Positions 37,179-49,840 of a DNA stretch of 64,000 nucleotides are shown one piece after another (the stretch's first letter is position 1; the number at the start of each line of letters is the position of its first letter). The notes beneath the pieces were generated by a model. The model saw only the letters and a program-made list of their open reading frames with translations, had not been told where the DNA came from and did not search any database. Origin of the DNA: Squalus acanthias (taxonomy: Eukaryota); assembly GCA_030390025.1 (NCBI GenBank), contig CM059438.1:53074001-53138000 (forward strand), written 5' to 3'. Made by a program: the position numbers and the translations under genes.

Positions 37179-40100
37179 TGTAGAGGCTGCCGCGAAACAC
37201 GAATGGAGGCTGAATCCATGTGTGGAAAACAAGAAACTTTTATTCACTGCATGCTATAACAAAATGGCTGCGAGAGAAAGCTCCCAGAATTCTCTGGAAA
37301 AACTCCCAGAATTCTCTGGGTAAAACCTGAGGCCCCACCCCCTTCTGCCTTAAAGGTAATGTGCCTTAAAGGGGAGGGGCTGGAAATTTGTCCACAGACG
37401 GAAGAGTGGATTATGCCCGTTTTAGGTGGCGATCCGCCACACAGCTCCCCCCAGAATCCGCTTAGGAGGTGTGGACGAGACGGTGCGGCGGTCTGATGGG
37501 CCGGCCGGAGCGGTTCTTGTAGGAGGCCGGTGGACGTGGAACGGCCGGGCGTGGAGCAGCCGGGTGAACCGGCTTGAGGGCAGGTCGGCCGCGTGGAGGT
37601 GGACGCGCTGCAGGGACCTGCTCCCCGGGCTCCGAGTGTGCTGGCTTGAGTCGGTCCACCGACACTTTTTCGGTCCTGTCGCCCACTTGCAGGGTGAAAA
37701 ATTTGTCCCCAGCCTGTAGCACCTTGTAGGGCCCGTCGTACGGGGGTTGAAGGGGTCCGCGGTGGGCGTCGTGCCGGACGAAAACAAACCGTGCCTGGTG
37801 CAGGCTTAGTGGGACGTGTGAGGTGGATTCGCTGTGTCGGGCAATGGGCAAAGGGGCGAACTGCAGCGCCGGTGAGGCGAAGTCGTGGCGTTGCTGGTCG
37901 GCTGACCAGGGTGTCGTGGCGGTGGGCAGGAACTCGCCGGGTACGCGCAGCGGCTGACCGTACACGAGCTCTGCTGCTGATGCGTGGAGGTCTTCTTTAA
38001 CCGCGGTGCGCAGGCCGAGGAGTACCCATGGAAGTCGGTCGGTCCAGGCGCCGTCTTGGAGGCTGGCTCGAAGAGATGCCTTCAAGGATCTGTGGAACCG
38101 CTCACACAGTCCGTTGGCTTGGGGGTGGTACACTGTGGTGCGGTGAATGGTCACCCCGAGATTGCGTGCGACGGCGGTCCAGAGTTCAGAGGTAAATTGC
38201 GGACCTCTGTCCGACGTCATGTCGGAGGGGACGCCAAACCGTGCGACACAGGTGCTGACGAAGGCTCTGGCGATGTCGGCGGTGGTGGTAGAGGTCAGTG
38301 GAATTGCCTCAGGCCAGCGTGTGGTGCGGTCAACGATGGTCAGCAAGTGCGTGTGGCCTTGCGACGGCGGCCCGATAATGTCCACGTGGATGTGGTCGAA
38401 TCTCCGCGAGGGGACGGTAAACTCCTCGAGGGGTGCTTTCGTGTGTTGCTGTACCTTGGCCCGTTGGCAGGCTAGGCAGGAGTTGGCCCAAGTACGCACA
38501 TCCTTGCGAAGGCCGAGCCAGACAAAGCGGTTGGCTACCAATTTGATGGATGCGCGGGCGCCGGGGTGGGAGAGGTTGTGGAGAATGTCGAATACCCGGC
38601 GGCGCCAGGACGCTGGGACGACGGGCCGAGGTTGACATAGGGATATGTCGCACTTGACCGTGACTGCGGTCGGGCCATAGGCGACTTCGGCCAGGCGTAG
38701 CCCTGGTAGGTTGGTGGGTGCGGAGAGCAGATCAGGGTCGGTGATCTGGTCTGCAGCGAGTTGAGCGTAGTCGACTGCTAGGTGTGCGGCGTGGATGGCG
38801 GGGCGGGAGAGGCAGTCGGCTACTACATTGTCTCGGCCGGAGACGTGTTGGATGTCCGTGGTGAACTCGGACACTGCCGCGAGCTGGCGCTGCTGCCTGG
38901 CGGACCAGGGGTCAGTTGTCTTTGCCATTGCGAATGTCAGGGGCTTGTGGTCGACAAACGCAGTGAAGGGGTGGCCCTCAAGCAAAAACCGGAAATGGCG
39001 GACCGCCAGGAACAGCGCGAGGAGCTCGCGGTCGAAGGTGCTGTACTTGACCTCCGGGGGGCGTAGTTGGCGGCTGAAGAAGGCAAGTGGTTGCCAGGCG
39101 CCGTCGACCCACTGCTCATACACGGCGCCGACCGCGTGGTCGGAGGCGTCCGTGGTGAGCGCTACCCTGGCATTGGGCCGTGGGTGCGCGAGCAGGGTGG
39201 CGTTGGCGAGCGCGGTCTTGGTGGAATCGAAGGCGGCGGACGCGTCTGCCGTCCATTCGACCGCCATCTTGCTGCTCCTGCCCCGGAGGGCTTCATACAG
39301 GGGCCTCATGAGGGACGCCGCTTTGGGGATGAAGCGGTTATAGAAATTCACCATCCCGAGGAACTCCTGGAGGCCTTTGATGGTGGTGGGGCGGAGAAAT
39401 TGTTGGACGGCCTGCACCTTGGTGGGCAGGGGAATGGCCCCAGCATGGGTGATGTGGTGGCCGAGGAAGTCGATCTTGTCCAGGCCGAACTGGCATTTGG
39501 CTGGGCTGAGGATGAGCCCGTGGTCGCTGAGGCGTCCGAACAGGATCCGAAGGTGTTCGAGGTGTTCCTGCTTGGAGGAACTGGCTACCAGGATGTCGTC
39601 CAGGTAGACGAACAGGAACTTCAGGTCCCGAAGGACCGAGTCCATGAGCCGTTGGAATGCCTGGGCCGCGTTTTTGAGGCCGAAGGGCATCCGCAGGAAC
39701 TCAAACAGGCCGAAGGGGGTGATTACGGCCGTCTTGGGGACGTCCGCGGGGTGGACGGGGACTTGGTGGTAGCCGCGCACCAGGTCGACCTTGGAAAAGA
39801 CTGAGCGGCCGGCCAGTCTAGCCGAGAAGTCCTGAATGTGCGGCACGGGGTACCGATCAGGGGTGGTGGCGTCATTGAGGCGGCGGTAATCCCCGCAGGG
39901 GCGCCAACCTCCGCCTGGTTTGGGGGCGATGTGGAGTGGGGAGGCCCAGGGACTGTTGGAGCGGCGGATGATGCCGAGCTGTTCCATGGTGGCAAACTCG
40001 GTCCGCGCGATCTCCAGTTTGGCCGGGTCCAGCCTGCGGGCGTGGGCGTACACTGGGGGGGCCTGTGGTGGGGATGAAGTGTTCCACCCCGTGTTTGGCG

Positions 40101-41572
40101 GCCTCCGCGGAGAAGGTCGGAGTGGTAAGGGCCGGGAATTCGGCCAGGAGTACCGAGTAGTCATCCGTGGCCCGGGCGTGGCACTGTGACGCCATGTCGG
40201 CGGGTTGACGGGGGGCCATGGCGCCCAGGATGGGGGACATGGTGTTCATGTCCACGAGGCGGTGACGAGGGATGTCTACCAGTAAGCCGTGGGCACACAG
40301 GAAATCTGCGCCGATGAGGGGGGAGAGCACCTTGGCAGTGATGAACTCCCATCGGTAGCGGTGACCAGCGAGGTCGAGGGTGACTGTCCGGGTGCCATAC
40401 GTCCGGATTTCCGAGCCGTTAGCAGCAGCCAGCGTCGGTCCTCGTTCGCCCTTTTGGATGTCGAGGGCGGAGGCCGGGATGATGCTGTGCTGAGCCCCAG
40501 TGTCGCACAGGAACCGGCGGCCGGTTTTGTCATCTGTGACGAACAGCAGGGAGCCCGCGTGGCCCACGGTCATCGCGGGGGCTGGTACGGGGGCGGACTT
40601 GAAAGAGCAGGGAGGTGTGCACCGTTGTGCCCTGGCGCCGAACCGTGCGTGGTAGCAACAGTGGCCCGGGTTAGTGGGGTGTGAAGGCCCCGTGGGCCTG
40701 GTGACAGGCCCTTGTGGCCGTGTGCTGGGTGGTGAGGGGCGCGCCCAGGCATTGGCTGCCAGGTCCAGAGTGACGTCGCGGCTGGAGTGAGCGGACAGCA
40801 GCTTGTCGGCCTCATCGGCCAGGGCTTCCAGGTTCGTGAGGCCGGACGCCACGATCGCTGGGCGGATGCTGAGAGGGAGCTGGCGGATGAACAGCGTGCG
40901 GAAGAGGGATCCGGGTGGGCTCTCGTCGGTGAGGGAGAGCATGTGGGAGAGGAGGTCTGACGGTGAGGCATCACCGAGGCCTGGAAGGTCGAGGAGGTGG
41001 CAGTTTCACTGATATGCTGAGGCCGTAAATTTTTTAAGGAGCGCTGTCCTGAGATGTGCGTACTTGCCTTCCTCTGGTGGGTTCTGCAGCGTTGTCCAAA
41101 CCTTGGAAACTGCGACGCTACTGAGTGATGTGACGAGGTAGTCGTAATTTGTCCCATCTGTGGTGATATTTCGCAGCCGGAAGCGAGATTCAGCTTGGAG
41201 AAACCAGGCTTCGGGCTGGTTTTCCCAAAACTCCGGCAGTTTCACGGAAACTGCGTTCGTGTCCGCCATTGCAGTGCTCGGAATACGTTCTGAGCGTCGG
41301 GGTCACCAATGTTGAGGCTGCCGCGAAACACGAATGGAGGCTGAATCCATGTGTGGAAAACAAGAAACTTTTATTCACTGCATGCTATAACAAAATGGCT
41401 GCGAGAGAAAGCTCCCAGAATTCTCTGGAAAAACTCCCAGAATTCTCTGGGTAAAACCTGAGGCCCCGCCCCCTTCTGCCTTAAAGGTAATGTGCCTTAA
41501 AGGGGAGGGGCTGGAAATTTGTCCACAGACGGAAGAGTGGATTATGCTCGTTTTAGGTGGCGATCCACCACA
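37179..41572 (-). mobile_element. Full-length Ty3/Gypsy LTR retrotransposon, CsRn1/Kabuki-like
   Basis: 263-bp LTRs (37179-37441, 41310-41572), tRNA-Trp PBS TGGTGACCCCGACG, PPT ggggggag, TSD acgg/acag. Confidence 0.96.
37462..41269 (-). pseudogene. Gypsy gag-PR-RT-RNaseH-IN polyprotein with one stop and one frameshift
   Basis: KLPEFW gag start, CCYHARFGARAQRCTPPC knuckle, FLCDTGA protease, YLDD, TDASD, HHCC, SDRGPQF and GPY. In-frame TGA at 41006-41008 and a frameshift in the homopolymer near 40055-40061. Confidence 0.93.
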
Positions 41573-44500
41573 ACAGCATTAAAGGCCGATAAATCCCCAG
41601 GGCCTGATAATCTACATCCTAGGGTACTTAAGGAAGTGGCCCCAGAAATAGTAGATGCATTGCTGGTCATCTTCCAAAAATCTATAGACTCTGGAACAGT
41701 TCCCATGGATTGGAGGGTAGCTAATGTTACCCCACTGTTCAAAAAAGGTGGTAAAGAAAAAACGGGGAATTATAGACCGGTAAGCCTGACATCGGTTGTG
41801 GGGCAAATGCTGGAGTCCATTATAAAAGATGTAATAGCAGAGCACTTGGCAAACAGTGACAGGATTGGACAAAGTCAACATGGATTTACAAAAGGTAAAT
41901 CTTGCTTGACTAATCTACTGGAATTTTTTGAGGATGTAACTGATAGAATAGATAAGGGAGAACCAGTGGATGTGGTGTATTTGGACTTTCAGAAGGCTTT
42001 CAATAAGATCCCGCATAAGAGATTAGCGTGTAAAATTAAGGCACATGGGATTGGGGGTAAGGTACTGACTTGGATAGAGAACTGGTTGGCAGATAGGAAG
42101 CAAAGAGTTGGAATAACCGGGTCTTTTCCGAGTGGCAGGCAGTGACTAGTGGGGTTCCGCAGGGATTGGTCCTAGGACCCAAGCTATTCACTATATATAT
42201 TAATGATCTAGACGAGGGAACTAGATGTAATATCTCCAAGTTTGCAGATGACACAAAGCTGGGTGGGCGTGTGTGCTGCGAGGAGGATGCCGAGAAACTC
42301 CAGTATGATTTGGACAGGTTGGGTGATTGGGCAGAAGCATGGCAGATGCAGTATAATGTGGATAAATGCGAGGTTATCCACTTTGGTGGCAAAAACAGAA
42401 AGGCAGATTATTATCTGAACGGCAATAGATTGGAAGAAGGGGAAGTGCAACGAAACCTGGGTGTCCTTGTGCAGCAGTCGCTGAAGGTTAGCATGCAGGT
42501 GCAGCAGGCGGTTAAGAAGGCAAATGGTATGTTGGCCTTCGTAGCGAGAGGGTTTGAGTACAGGAACAAGGATGTCTTGCTGCAGCTGTACAGGGCCTTG
42601 GTGAGACCACACCTTGAGTATTGTGTGCAGTTTTGGTTGCCTTATCTGAGGAAGGATGTTCTTGCCATGGAGGGTGTGCAGCGAAGATTCACCAGACTGA
42701 TACCTGGGATGGCAGGAATGACGTACGAGGAGAGATTGGGTCGATTGGGCTTATACTCGCTGGAGTTTAGAAGAATGAGAGGAGATCTCATTGAAACTTA
42801 TAAAATTCTAACAGGGCTAGACAGACTGGATGCAGGAAGAATGTTCCCGATGGCGGGTGAGTCCAGAACAAGAGGTCACAGTCTAAAGATAAGGGGTAAG
42901 CCATTTAGGACTGCGATGAGGAGGAATTTCTTCACCCAGAGAGTGGTGAACCTGTGGAATTCTCTACCACAGAAGGCAGTTGAGGCCAAGTGAGTAAATA
43001 TATTCAAGAAGGAGTTAGATATATTTCTTAAGGCTAAAGGTATCAAGGGATATGGGGAGAAGGCAGGGACAGGGTACTGAGTTTGGATGATCAGCCATGA
43101 TCTCATCGAATGGCGGAGCAGGCTCGAGGGGCCGAATGGCCTACTCCTGCTCCTATCTTCTATGTTTCTAGGACACTGCCCTGAGGAACTCCTGCAGCGA
43201 TGTCCTGGGGCTGTGATGATTGACCTTCGACCACCACAACCATCTTCTTTTGTGCTAGGTATGACTCCAGCCAGTGAAGCGTTTTCCCCCTGATTCCCAT
43301 TGACTTCAGTTTTACTAGGGCTCCTTGATGCCAGATTCGGTCAAATGCTGCCTTGATGTCAAGGGCAGTCACTCTCACCTCGCCTCTGGAATTCATCTCC
43401 TTTGTCCATGTTTGGACCAAGGCTGTAATGAGGTCGGGAGCCGAGTGGTCTTGGCGGAACCCAAACTGGGCATCAGTGAGCAGGTTATTGGTGAGTAAGT
43501 GCCGCTTGATAGCACTGTTTGATACTATCTTTAACTTTTTTAATTAACCACGGATGGTGGGTCCTCCCCTTGGAATTTTTCTTTCTCGTTGGAATGTATA
43601 TATTCTGTGTATTCTGAAATATCCCCTTAAATGTCTGCCTCTTCAACTCTATTGACCTATCCCTTAACCTAATTTGCCAGTTCACTTTAGCTAGCTCTGC
43701 TTTCATGGCCTCATAATTGCCCTTATTTAAGTTTAAAATACTAGTCTTGGACCCACTCTTCTCTCCCTCAAACTCAAATGTAAAATTCAATCATATTATG
43801 ATCGCTGCTACCTCGGGGGCCTTCACTATGAGGTTATAATTAATCCTATCTCGTTGCACAATACCAGGTCTAGTATAGCCTGCTCTCTGGTTGTCTCCAG
43901 AACGTGCTGTTCTAAGAAACTATCCCGAAAACATTCTATGAACTCCTCATCTAGGCTACTTTTGCCCGTCTGATTTTTCCAGAGTATATGTAGATTAAAA
44001 TCCCCCATGATTATTGCCGTACCTTTCTGACAAGCTCCCATTATTTCTTCCTTTATAATCCATCCTACCATGTGGTTACTGTTAGGGGGCCTGTACACCA
44101 CTCCCACAAGTGACTTCTTGCCTTTATTATTTCTCATCTCTACCCAAACTGCTTCTACATCCTGGTTTCCTGAATTTAGGTCATCCCACTCTATTGTGCT
44201 AATACCATCATTAATTAACAGAGCCAACCCTCCACCTTTTCCTAGCTTCCTGTCCTTCCTAAATATCATGTACCCTTCAATATTCAGGTCCCAATCTATG
44301 TCATCCTGCAGCCATGTTTCTGTAATGGCTATCAGATCGTACTTATTTATTTCTATTTGCGCTATCAGTTCATCTGTTTTGTTTCGAATGCTACGTGCAT
44401 TCAGATACAGAGCCTTTAGTTTTGTCCTTTTATTATTTTTGTAACCTCTAGCCTTATCTGTTGATTTACTCTTAGATTTGTACTCTCTGTCCCTTCCTGT

Positions 44501-45218
44501 CACGGTCTGTTTATCATTTCCCATATTAATACTTTTCTCTCTTGCCTTGTCTCTACTCTTTGATTTACCACATCTTCCCAAATTCGATCCCTTGCCCCCA
44601 CTATTTAGTTTAAACCCCTCTCTACCGCTCTAGTTATATGACTTGCCAGAACACTGGTCCCAGCACGGTTCAGGTGAAGACCATCCCAACAATACAGATC
44701 CCACTTTCCCCAGTACTGGTGCCAGTGCCCCAGGAATCGAAAGCCATTTCTCCCACACCAGTCTTTGTGCCACGCATTCATCTCTCTAATTTTATTTACC
44801 CTATGCTAATTTGCTCGTGTCTCAGGTAATAATGCAGACATTATTACCCTTGAGGTTCTGCTTTTTAATTTAGCCCCTCGCCGCTCATACTCTCTCAGCA
44901 GAACCTCTTTCCTAGTTCTACCTATGTCGTTGGTACCTACGTGGACCATGACCACTGGCTCCACCCCCTCCCACTGCAAGTTCCTCTCCAGCCCAGAGCA
45001 GATGTCCCGAACCCTGGCACCGGGCAGGCAACACAGCCGTCTGGACTCTCGCTCTTGGCTGCAGAGAACTGTATCTATCCCCCTGACTATGATGTCCCCT
45101 ATTAACTCCCTCCACTTGAATGGCTTCCTGTACCACGGTGCATTGGTCAGTTTGGTCATCCACCCTGCAGCCACCGCTTTCATCCATACAAGGTCGCAAG
45201 AACCTCAAACCTTGGATA

Positions 45219-45730
45219 TCAACTAAGGATATCAATGCAATCATCCAATATAAGTTTGTGGATGGCAAGGTCCTTGTTCTTGAGTGAACAGACATTCTGG
45301 AGGGAAATGCAGTGAGGGGCAATGACTGTTGAGTCCAAGGCAGTAGTGGTAGGTAGGGCTAGTGGGATAATTGGGAGGTTGGCAGGGTTAGTCTGCACCA
45401 AGCTTGCCGGACGGGAAGGTTGGCGAGAGAGGAAGATGCGATAGTTTGGGTTACTACTTGTTCGGAGACAGTGATGGGTGTTTTGATTGACCATTTGGAG
45501 ATTGCCAAAAGAGGAAGAGTGTGTAGCTGTGGGCTTATCCAAGGGGGATTCAAACCTGGAATGACAGCAGGAAAGTAGGAAGGCAGGGATGTAGAGATGG
45601 ATTGGGTTAGGGATTGGCGGAGAGGAGTAAAGTACCCAAGAGGAGACAAATGAAAAGTGGCATGACTTGGTGACAGGAAAGGGAGAAGAGAAGGACCCGA
45701 GAGGGGCCAAGAGAGAAAAACAAATGAGAT
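45219..45730 (-). mobile_element. L2 LINE 5'/endonuclease fragment
   Basis: ISLQNVCSLKNKDLAIHKLILDDCIDIL resembles an APE endonuclease N-terminus. Confidence 0.65.
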
Positions 45731-46046
45731 AGAAGTGACAGGGTTGGATCCAGAGCGGCTGCCAAAATATACATGCAAATAGACACTGGTAATGTCTGAT
45801 AAATAATCTGATGAATGTGTGTCAATGCATATAACTATGAAATCTTCAGTTTCTATTTTGCAAAAGGTCCACACCATCTGTACATGACTCCTGGTTTCAC
45901 CCTGACATGACTAACCTAATGAATAGAGGAAGCAAGATTATACCAGGCAGGAGGGTCTTGCAAGATAAAGGTTTCCATTATTATTATTTTCAATTATTAA
46001 CCAAAATGAGAGAGGAGCAGGATCTATAATATGACAATGAACTTAC

Positions 46047-46357
46047 TTGATATCGTAGAGAATTTGTTTTTTGGTCACTTTTTGCATGCATGGAAGGCCA
46101 CTGGAGATGTTGACCGAGTACTGAATATTATGGAAACTGACCACAGACCCCCGGGCACTTCCGAGCAAATCCTTGCTTACGTCAGAGCACTGAGATGTAG
46201 TCTCATTCTCCTCATTGTTTACGTCAGGAATAATGCTGCTTTGAACATTAGTGGGGTATAATTCGAGCTGTTTGGGGACTGGGTTGCTGGCCAAAGTCTT
46301 TTTGCTGTTTCGATTTGCCATGTGTGTAAAATTACAGCTCCTTAAAATGGCATTCAT
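46047..46357 (-). CDS. ABCG2: ABCG2-family ABC half-transporter, first coding exon (exon 46047-46358, ATG at 46357)
   Basis: Translation ends GSVVSFHNIQYSVNISSGLPCMQKVTKKQILYDI, matching the ABCG2 N-terminal NBD segment. Acceptor ttttccaccAG at 46359-46360, donor AA|GTAAGT at 46046, phase 2. Confidence 0.9.
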
Positions 46358-48231
46358 GCTGGTGGAAAAAGAACAGCAAGTTACAGAGTTATATTATCAA
46401 TCATGCTGAAAAAGCAAATAAAACAATGTAAAAAGGGAAAATCTGGTCCAACCCACTTGTGGTGCAAATAAACGCAGCCTTTCATAATATGGTGTTAGAA
46501 CTGTACACAGTAGTCCAAGTGTGGTCGAACCAAGGTTCGATACAAGTTTAGCATAAGTAATATGTGACCTTATTTTTTTCTTACCAAAATGTAATACCTC
46601 GCACTTATCGGTGTTGAAATCCATTTGCCAATTATATGCCTATTCTGCAAGTCTATTAATGTCTTCTTGTAATTTGTTGCAGTCCTCCTCAGTATTGACT
46701 ATTCCCCCAATTTAGTGTAATCTACAAATTTAGAAATTGTGTTTTTGATTCCAAAACACACATGGAGTGTTAAAAGAAGATACAATACTAAACTTTGCTG
46801 TTCTGAATATTTTTGCAGTTCTTCCATCCAGTTTTGTTTACTGAAGCTGGAAGCTTTATTCTGCTGCACTCAAATGCTGGGCTAAGACAGCTAAGTGGTT
46901 GCTTCAGGCAACATTTACACTGTGAGTTTAGCATCAATGTGAAGCACTGATGTCATACTGCAGAGTAAATCTCAAGTTAGGACCCAGGTAGTGAAGTGGA
47001 GTGAGCTTCCAATGACAGGGTAGTCGCACATCACTTTAGTGTATATGTAAATATAATTCCCAAAAAATTATTTTGGATCAAATATACTTCAAAATGCACA
47101 TTAGATCAGAGGTCACTGGATGGGAATTAAGAGCAGGAATCCTGGCTGATTTTTCCTCTCCCTGGTCCAGAGGTACTCAGGCCAGTTTCAGTGCCTCAGC
47201 TAACTTAGCTAACTAACCAGAGGGTCAATCTGGAACCTTTTGGTCTTCACAACCTGAAACAGCATCAGATGTAGCCTTTATCCACTAGGCCCAAGGACAG
47301 AGTAATGGGACTACTTTTTGCAGGTGTGGGCTGCACCATGTCACCAGAATTCACACTACTGCTATCACTCTTCTACAGTACAAAAGAAAAATATGGACAG
47401 AAAATGTCTACTGCCAATATGCATGGCCAGTGGGCAAGGCTCCTCACCAGTAGTGCACATTTATAAAATTGGCCCCTTAAACAACTCATGGAAAATTAAC
47501 CACACTTCTATTTTTTTTCCTTGCGTGTTGTGTGTAATCCGCCAAAGTTATGGTGGGAGATCAGGAGCAATCCCATAGAAATTCCAAGTGTATGTATATA
47601 TCGCAGTTGCCAATTGTCTACTTTATGTGCAGACCTTTAGTGTTTTCAGTCCCTGTTTGCGCTGTTCATTCATGGGGCCTAAAATCAGCTGTTTTTGGGG
47701 CAGCACTGAAATTGCACATACTACTGCAGGATCCTTGATGGCTCAGATGAGTGAGAGTTGTGAGCAGTGTGCCAGAGATTGCTTTACATACGAGAATCAA
47801 GGATTATGACAAGTATGCAACAAATGTTATTGTATTGACAAAAGTAAATTTACAATCAAAATATTTAAGAATCAGATTGGCTGAGGTGCTTAAGCTAACG
47901 TTAATTTTCTGGTCCAAGTGTGGGTCGAGTGCAATGCACTTTGCAGCAGTGGTTAAGCATCAACCCCTCTACAAATTCAATCGTCAGCCTAATTTAAATA
48001 TGCTGGTGTCTACAACACTGCCCAATTCGGAGAACATTGCCCTTTCAGTGCTTACTGCTTGTGGGGGGATATCTAGCACAGTTGCTGGATTAAAAGGCCT
48101 GTAGCAAATGTTTAAAGGGGAGATCATTTTGTAGGGAGAACAAATTGTTACCCAGCTGTACATATCTTGTTTTCTTACAATGGAGGAGATAAAGATACAA
48201 CATATGCCTTCAAACGAGGAAGAATAAAAAA

Positions 48232-49840
48232 AAAGTACTAGGCAAACTAATGGGACTAAAGCTGGACAAGTCCCCTGGACCCGATGGCCTGCATCCTAGG
48301 GTCTTAAAAGAGGTGGCTGCAGAGATAGTGGATGCATTGGTTGTAATCTACCAAAATTCCCTGGATTCTGGAGAGGTCCCAGCAGACTGGAAAACCGCAA
48401 ATGTAACGCCCCTATTTAAGAAAGGAGGGAGACAGAAAGCAGGCAACTATAGACCAGTTAACCTAACATCTGTCATGGGAAAATGCTGGAGTCCATCATT
48501 AAGGAAGTGGTAGCAGGACATTTAGAAAATCATAATATAGTCAAGCAGAGTCAGCATGGTTTTATGAAAGGGAAATCATGTTTGACAAATTTGCTGGAGT
48601 TCTTTGAGGATGTAACGAGCAGGGTGGATAAAGGGGAACCAGTAGATGCCGTATATTTGGATTTCCAGAAGGCATTCGATAAGGTGCCACATAAAAGGTT
48701 ACTGCACAAGATAAGAGCTCATGGGGTTGGGGGTAATATATTACATGGATAGAGGATTGGCTAACTAACAGAAAGTCAGGATAAATGGGTCATTTTCAGG
48801 TTGGCAAACTGTAACTAGTGGGGTGCCACAGGGATCAGTGCTGGGGCCTCAACTATTTACAATCGATAAAGACTTGGATGAAGGGACCAAGTGTAATGTA
48901 GCCAAATTTGCTGATGATACAAAGATAGGTGGGAAAGCAAACTGTGTAGAGGACGCAAAGAATCTCCAAAGGGATATAGATAGGATAAGTGAGTGGGCAG
49001 AAATCTGGCAGATGGAGTATAATGTGGGAAAATGTGAGGTTATCCACTTTGGTAGGAAGAATAAAAAAGCAAATTATTATTTAAATAGGGAGAGATTACA
49101 AAATGCTGAGGTACAGAGGGATCTGAGGGTCCTTGTACATGAATCACAAAAAGTTAGCATGCAGGTACAGCAAGTAATTAGGAAGGCAAATAGAATGTTG
49201 GCCTTTATTGCAAAGGGAATGGAGTATAAAAGTAGGGAAGTCCTGTTACAACTGTACAGGGCATTAGTGAGACCACACCTGGAGTACTGCATACAGTTTT
49301 GGTCTCCTTATTTAAGGAAGGATATACTTGCATTGGAGGCAGTTCAGAGAAGGTTCACGAGGTTGATTCCGGAGATGAAGGGGTTGTCTTATGAAGAAAG
49401 GTTGAGCAGTTTGGCCTATACTCATTGGAGTTTAGAAGAATGAGAGGGGATCTTATTGAAACATATAAGATTCTGAAGGGGCTTAACAGGGTAGATGCAG
49501 AGAGGATGTTTTCCCTCGTGGGGAATCAAGAACTAGGGGGCATAATTTCAGAATAAGGGGGCACCCATTTAAAACGGAAATGAGGAGGAATTTCTTCTCT
49601 CAGAGGGTCGTGAATCTTTGGAATTCTCTTCCCCAGAGAGCTGTGGAGGCTGGGTCATTGAATATATTTAAGGTGGAGATAGACAGATTTTTGAATGGTA
49701 AGGGAGTCAAGGGTTATGGGGAGCAGGCAGAGAAGTGGAGTTGAGGCCAAGATCAGATCAGCCATGATCTTATTGAATGGCAGAGCAGGCTCGAGGGTCC
49801 AAATGACCTACTCCTGCTCCTACGTCTTATGTTCTTATGT
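48232..49840 (+). mobile_element. 5'-truncated CR1 LINE
   Basis: RT fragments 48250-49443 and a 3' tail cttatgttcttatg. Confidence 0.93.

Larger units (their letters stand above)
37057..43167 (+). mobile_element. 5'-truncated CR1 LINE interrupted by a Gypsy element
   Basis: EMVLGKLT|...|LKADKSPGPDNLHPRVLKE is colinear across the Gypsy. It looks like the same subfamily as 14950-18160. Confidence 0.93.
36094..43517 (-). mobile_element. Second LINE family (CR1/L2 group), split into 36094-37056 and 43168-43517
   Basis: ALDIKAAFDRIWHQG and AGVPQGSVL continue across the break into GPTIFSCFINDLP and MFADD. A-rich 3' end at about 36094. Confidence 0.88.
34527..45212 (-). mobile_element. CR1 LINE (ORF1 SGNH esterase plus ORF2), split at about 36093/43518 by nested insertions
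   Basis: ORF1 motifs CLPGARV, VHVGTND and DGLHLN (44605-45183), EN ORF 43826-44581, RT pieces 34527-36090. A GTTT duplication marks the break. Confidence 0.9.

Noticed and set aside
37426..41012. Long plus-strand ORFs over the Gypsy element
   Set aside because: These are antisense shadows of a GC-rich coding sequence. The same applies to ORFs antisense to CR1 ORF2.
37179..41572. Bacterial or other contaminant insert suggested by high GC
   Set aside because: LTRs, PBS, PPT and a TSD within a host CR1 show a genuine integration.
45938..45978. Weak U1 snRNA-like 5' sequence
   Set aside because: The resemblance is short and poor and does not extend.
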